A stretch of 64,000 bases of DNA from a virus (lineage: Duplodnaviria > Heunggongvirae > Uroviricota > Caudoviricetes), in IMG/VR virus record IMGVR_UViG_3300028422_001686; one strand, 5' to 3'. The notes under the pieces are model-generated. The model worked only from the letters and a program-made list of their open reading frames with translations. It was not told the DNA's origin and searched no databases. Of the stretch, positions 62,915-64,000 are shown in pieces (positions within the stretch are counted from its first letter, which is position 1; each line of letters opens with the position of its first letter). Made by a program: the position numbers and the translations under genes.

Positions 62915-63440
62915 TCCTCAAGCTACAATGGTTCAAGAAGAAGCTAGACAACTAATTGAGTCTGCAGATCAAATTAGAACCTCTTTAACAAATGTTGTTA
63001 GAGCCTATACTTCTTTTGAGAAGACATATGATGATTGGCACAAAGAGTTGGTTGTAAAAATTGATCCAGCTGCAGATCCTGCTAGAGTTGTTAGGTATTG
63101 TAGTGACCTATCCAATAGTGTCAACATAGCATATCGATTATTATCTAGATCAAAACTGCTTTTAACCTCATATATTATGACTCATGATAAATCTGTTAAT
63201 GATAAAATTCAATTTATGGCAAATAATAGTACAAGAAAAGTCTTGCCTTCGGCCGATACATTGGATAAAATAGCTAATAGTTCAATGGGTGATAGAGTTG
63301 CAGCAAAAGCATTGCTTGAAGCTCAAGTTACTTTTTGGACAGATATGGTCTTTAAAATTAAAGAGCAGATCAGACTTGTGAATATGATAGCGATGTCAAA
63401 TGGAACGTTATATAAGATTGGTGAACCAACAAATTTATAG
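62898..63440 (+). CDS. hypothetical protein
   Basis: 180-aa ORF. Confidence 0.45.
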   Translation: MTQNSNPQATMVQEEARQLIESADQIRTSLTNVVRAYTSFEKTYDDWHKELVVKIDPAADPARVVRYCSDLSNSVNIAYRLLSRSKLLLTSYIMTHDKSVNDKIQFMANNSTRKVLPSADTLDKIANSSMGDRVAAKALLEAQVTFWTDMVFKIKEQIRLVNMIAMSNGTLYKIGEPTNL

Positions 63441-63451
63441 GAGTTACAATA

Positions 63452-63865
63452 ATGGAAAATCAAGAAATTAAAAATATTTTGAAAAGCAGACGTGATGGGA
63501 TTCAAAATGTTAAAAAAGTGGATGAGGATGCTGTATTTGAAGGTACAGAACAAAAAAGAATTTCTAAGAAAAAAGCTGTGACTAAAAAGAAAACTATCTC
63601 TCAGCCAATTGCTAGTGAGCCTGCTCCTGCTCCAGTTCAAGAAACTAAAGATGAGCAACAAAAAATTGACATTAATTTGGTAAAAGGTATTACTGTAGGG
63701 ATTGACGATAAAGGATCTGTTTATTTCTCTAATTTTGGAAATCCAAACTATATGGAAATGGCAGGTTTTAGTCAGTTCTTAAAATTGAAAATTGATGAAA
63801 TTTTAAACGTGGTAGGAAATACTATCGTTTATAAAACTTTCACAAAATTGAATAAAGAATCTTAA
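63452..63865 (+). CDS. hypothetical protein
   Basis: 137-aa ORF. Confidence 0.45.
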   Translation: MENQEIKNILKSRRDGIQNVKKVDEDAVFEGTEQKRISKKKAVTKKKTISQPIASEPAPAPVQETKDEQQKIDINLVKGITVGIDDKGSVYFSNFGNPNYMEMAGFSQFLKLKIDEILNVVGNTIVYKTFTKLNKES

Positions 63866-63866
63866 T

Positions 63867-64000
63867 ATGATCTCGCCAGAACAAGAACTGCTATTAGCGA
63901 TTTTAAGACAAGCAATTAAAGATTACTTAAACTTGGATCCTGATTCAGATACTTGTGCGGCAGATTATTATATAAGTGAAGGGGAAGACTATAAGACTGC
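63867..64000 (+). CDS. hypothetical protein (3' partial at window end)
   Basis: ATG at 63867. The ORF runs off the window. Confidence 0.35.
   Translation, partial: MISPEQELLLAILRQAIKDYLNLDPDSDTCAADYYISEGEDYKT

Noticed and set aside
1-64000. CRISPR array, integrase or attachment sites, group I/II introns
   Set aside because: No regularly spaced direct repeats with unique spacers were seen, no tyrosine or serine recombinase motifs, and the RT lacks intron maturase (X) and endonuclease domains. The tRNA-like split elements are better explained as permuted YrlA-like RNAs than as intron-containing tRNAs.

Overview
This is an AT-rich window with about 130 densely packed genes, all but one on the + strand, and several strong intrinsic terminators. 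That layout is typical of a large (jumbo-type) bacteriophage genome. The content, by hand-read motif inspection, is as follows:
- Many hypothetical, Zn-ribbon and secreted or membrane proteins.
- A candidate YonO-like single-subunit RNA polymerase carrying a DxDGD motif.
- Two metallophosphoesterases and a DHH phosphoesterase.
- An NAD+ salvage pair (PncA nicotinamidase and PncB nicotinate phosphoribosyltransferase) next to a radical-SAM enzyme.
- A GroEL-like chaperonin with an upstream putative GroES.
- A ClpP-like protease, a subtilisin-like S8 protease, an SLT lytic transglycosylase and an SPFH-domain protein.
- A family of five paralogs sharing an invariant N-terminus, MK[IV]RxGFVSNSSSSSF.
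- An RNA-gene island: tRNA-Met, Asp, Asn, Tyr, Glu, Pro, Ile and Trp, a degenerate tRNA-like element, and a long tmRNA.
- A Ro60/Rsr (TROVE+vWA) gene, with an Rnl-type RNA ligase close by. It is associated with at least three circularly permuted tRNA-like small-RNA genes that resemble YrlA (Y-RNA-like) modules.

The most unusual locus lies at about 51.5-58.9 kb. It opens with a highly structured ~400-bp non-coding region. Next come a small Gly-terminated candidate ubiquitin-like protein, then an E2-like protein, a JAMM/JAB peptidase and an E1-like (ThiF/MoeB) protein in Bil-like order. After those come a retron-type reverse transcriptase (YADD and VTG motifs) and a SpoVG-like protein. The locus ends with the only minus-strand gene, an ImmA/IrrE-type HExxH peptidase, and an apparently frameshifted OTU-like cysteine peptidase lies a few kb downstream. 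This looks like a phage-borne ubiquitin-like conjugation module combined with an RT. It is the best candidate in the window for an undescribed system.
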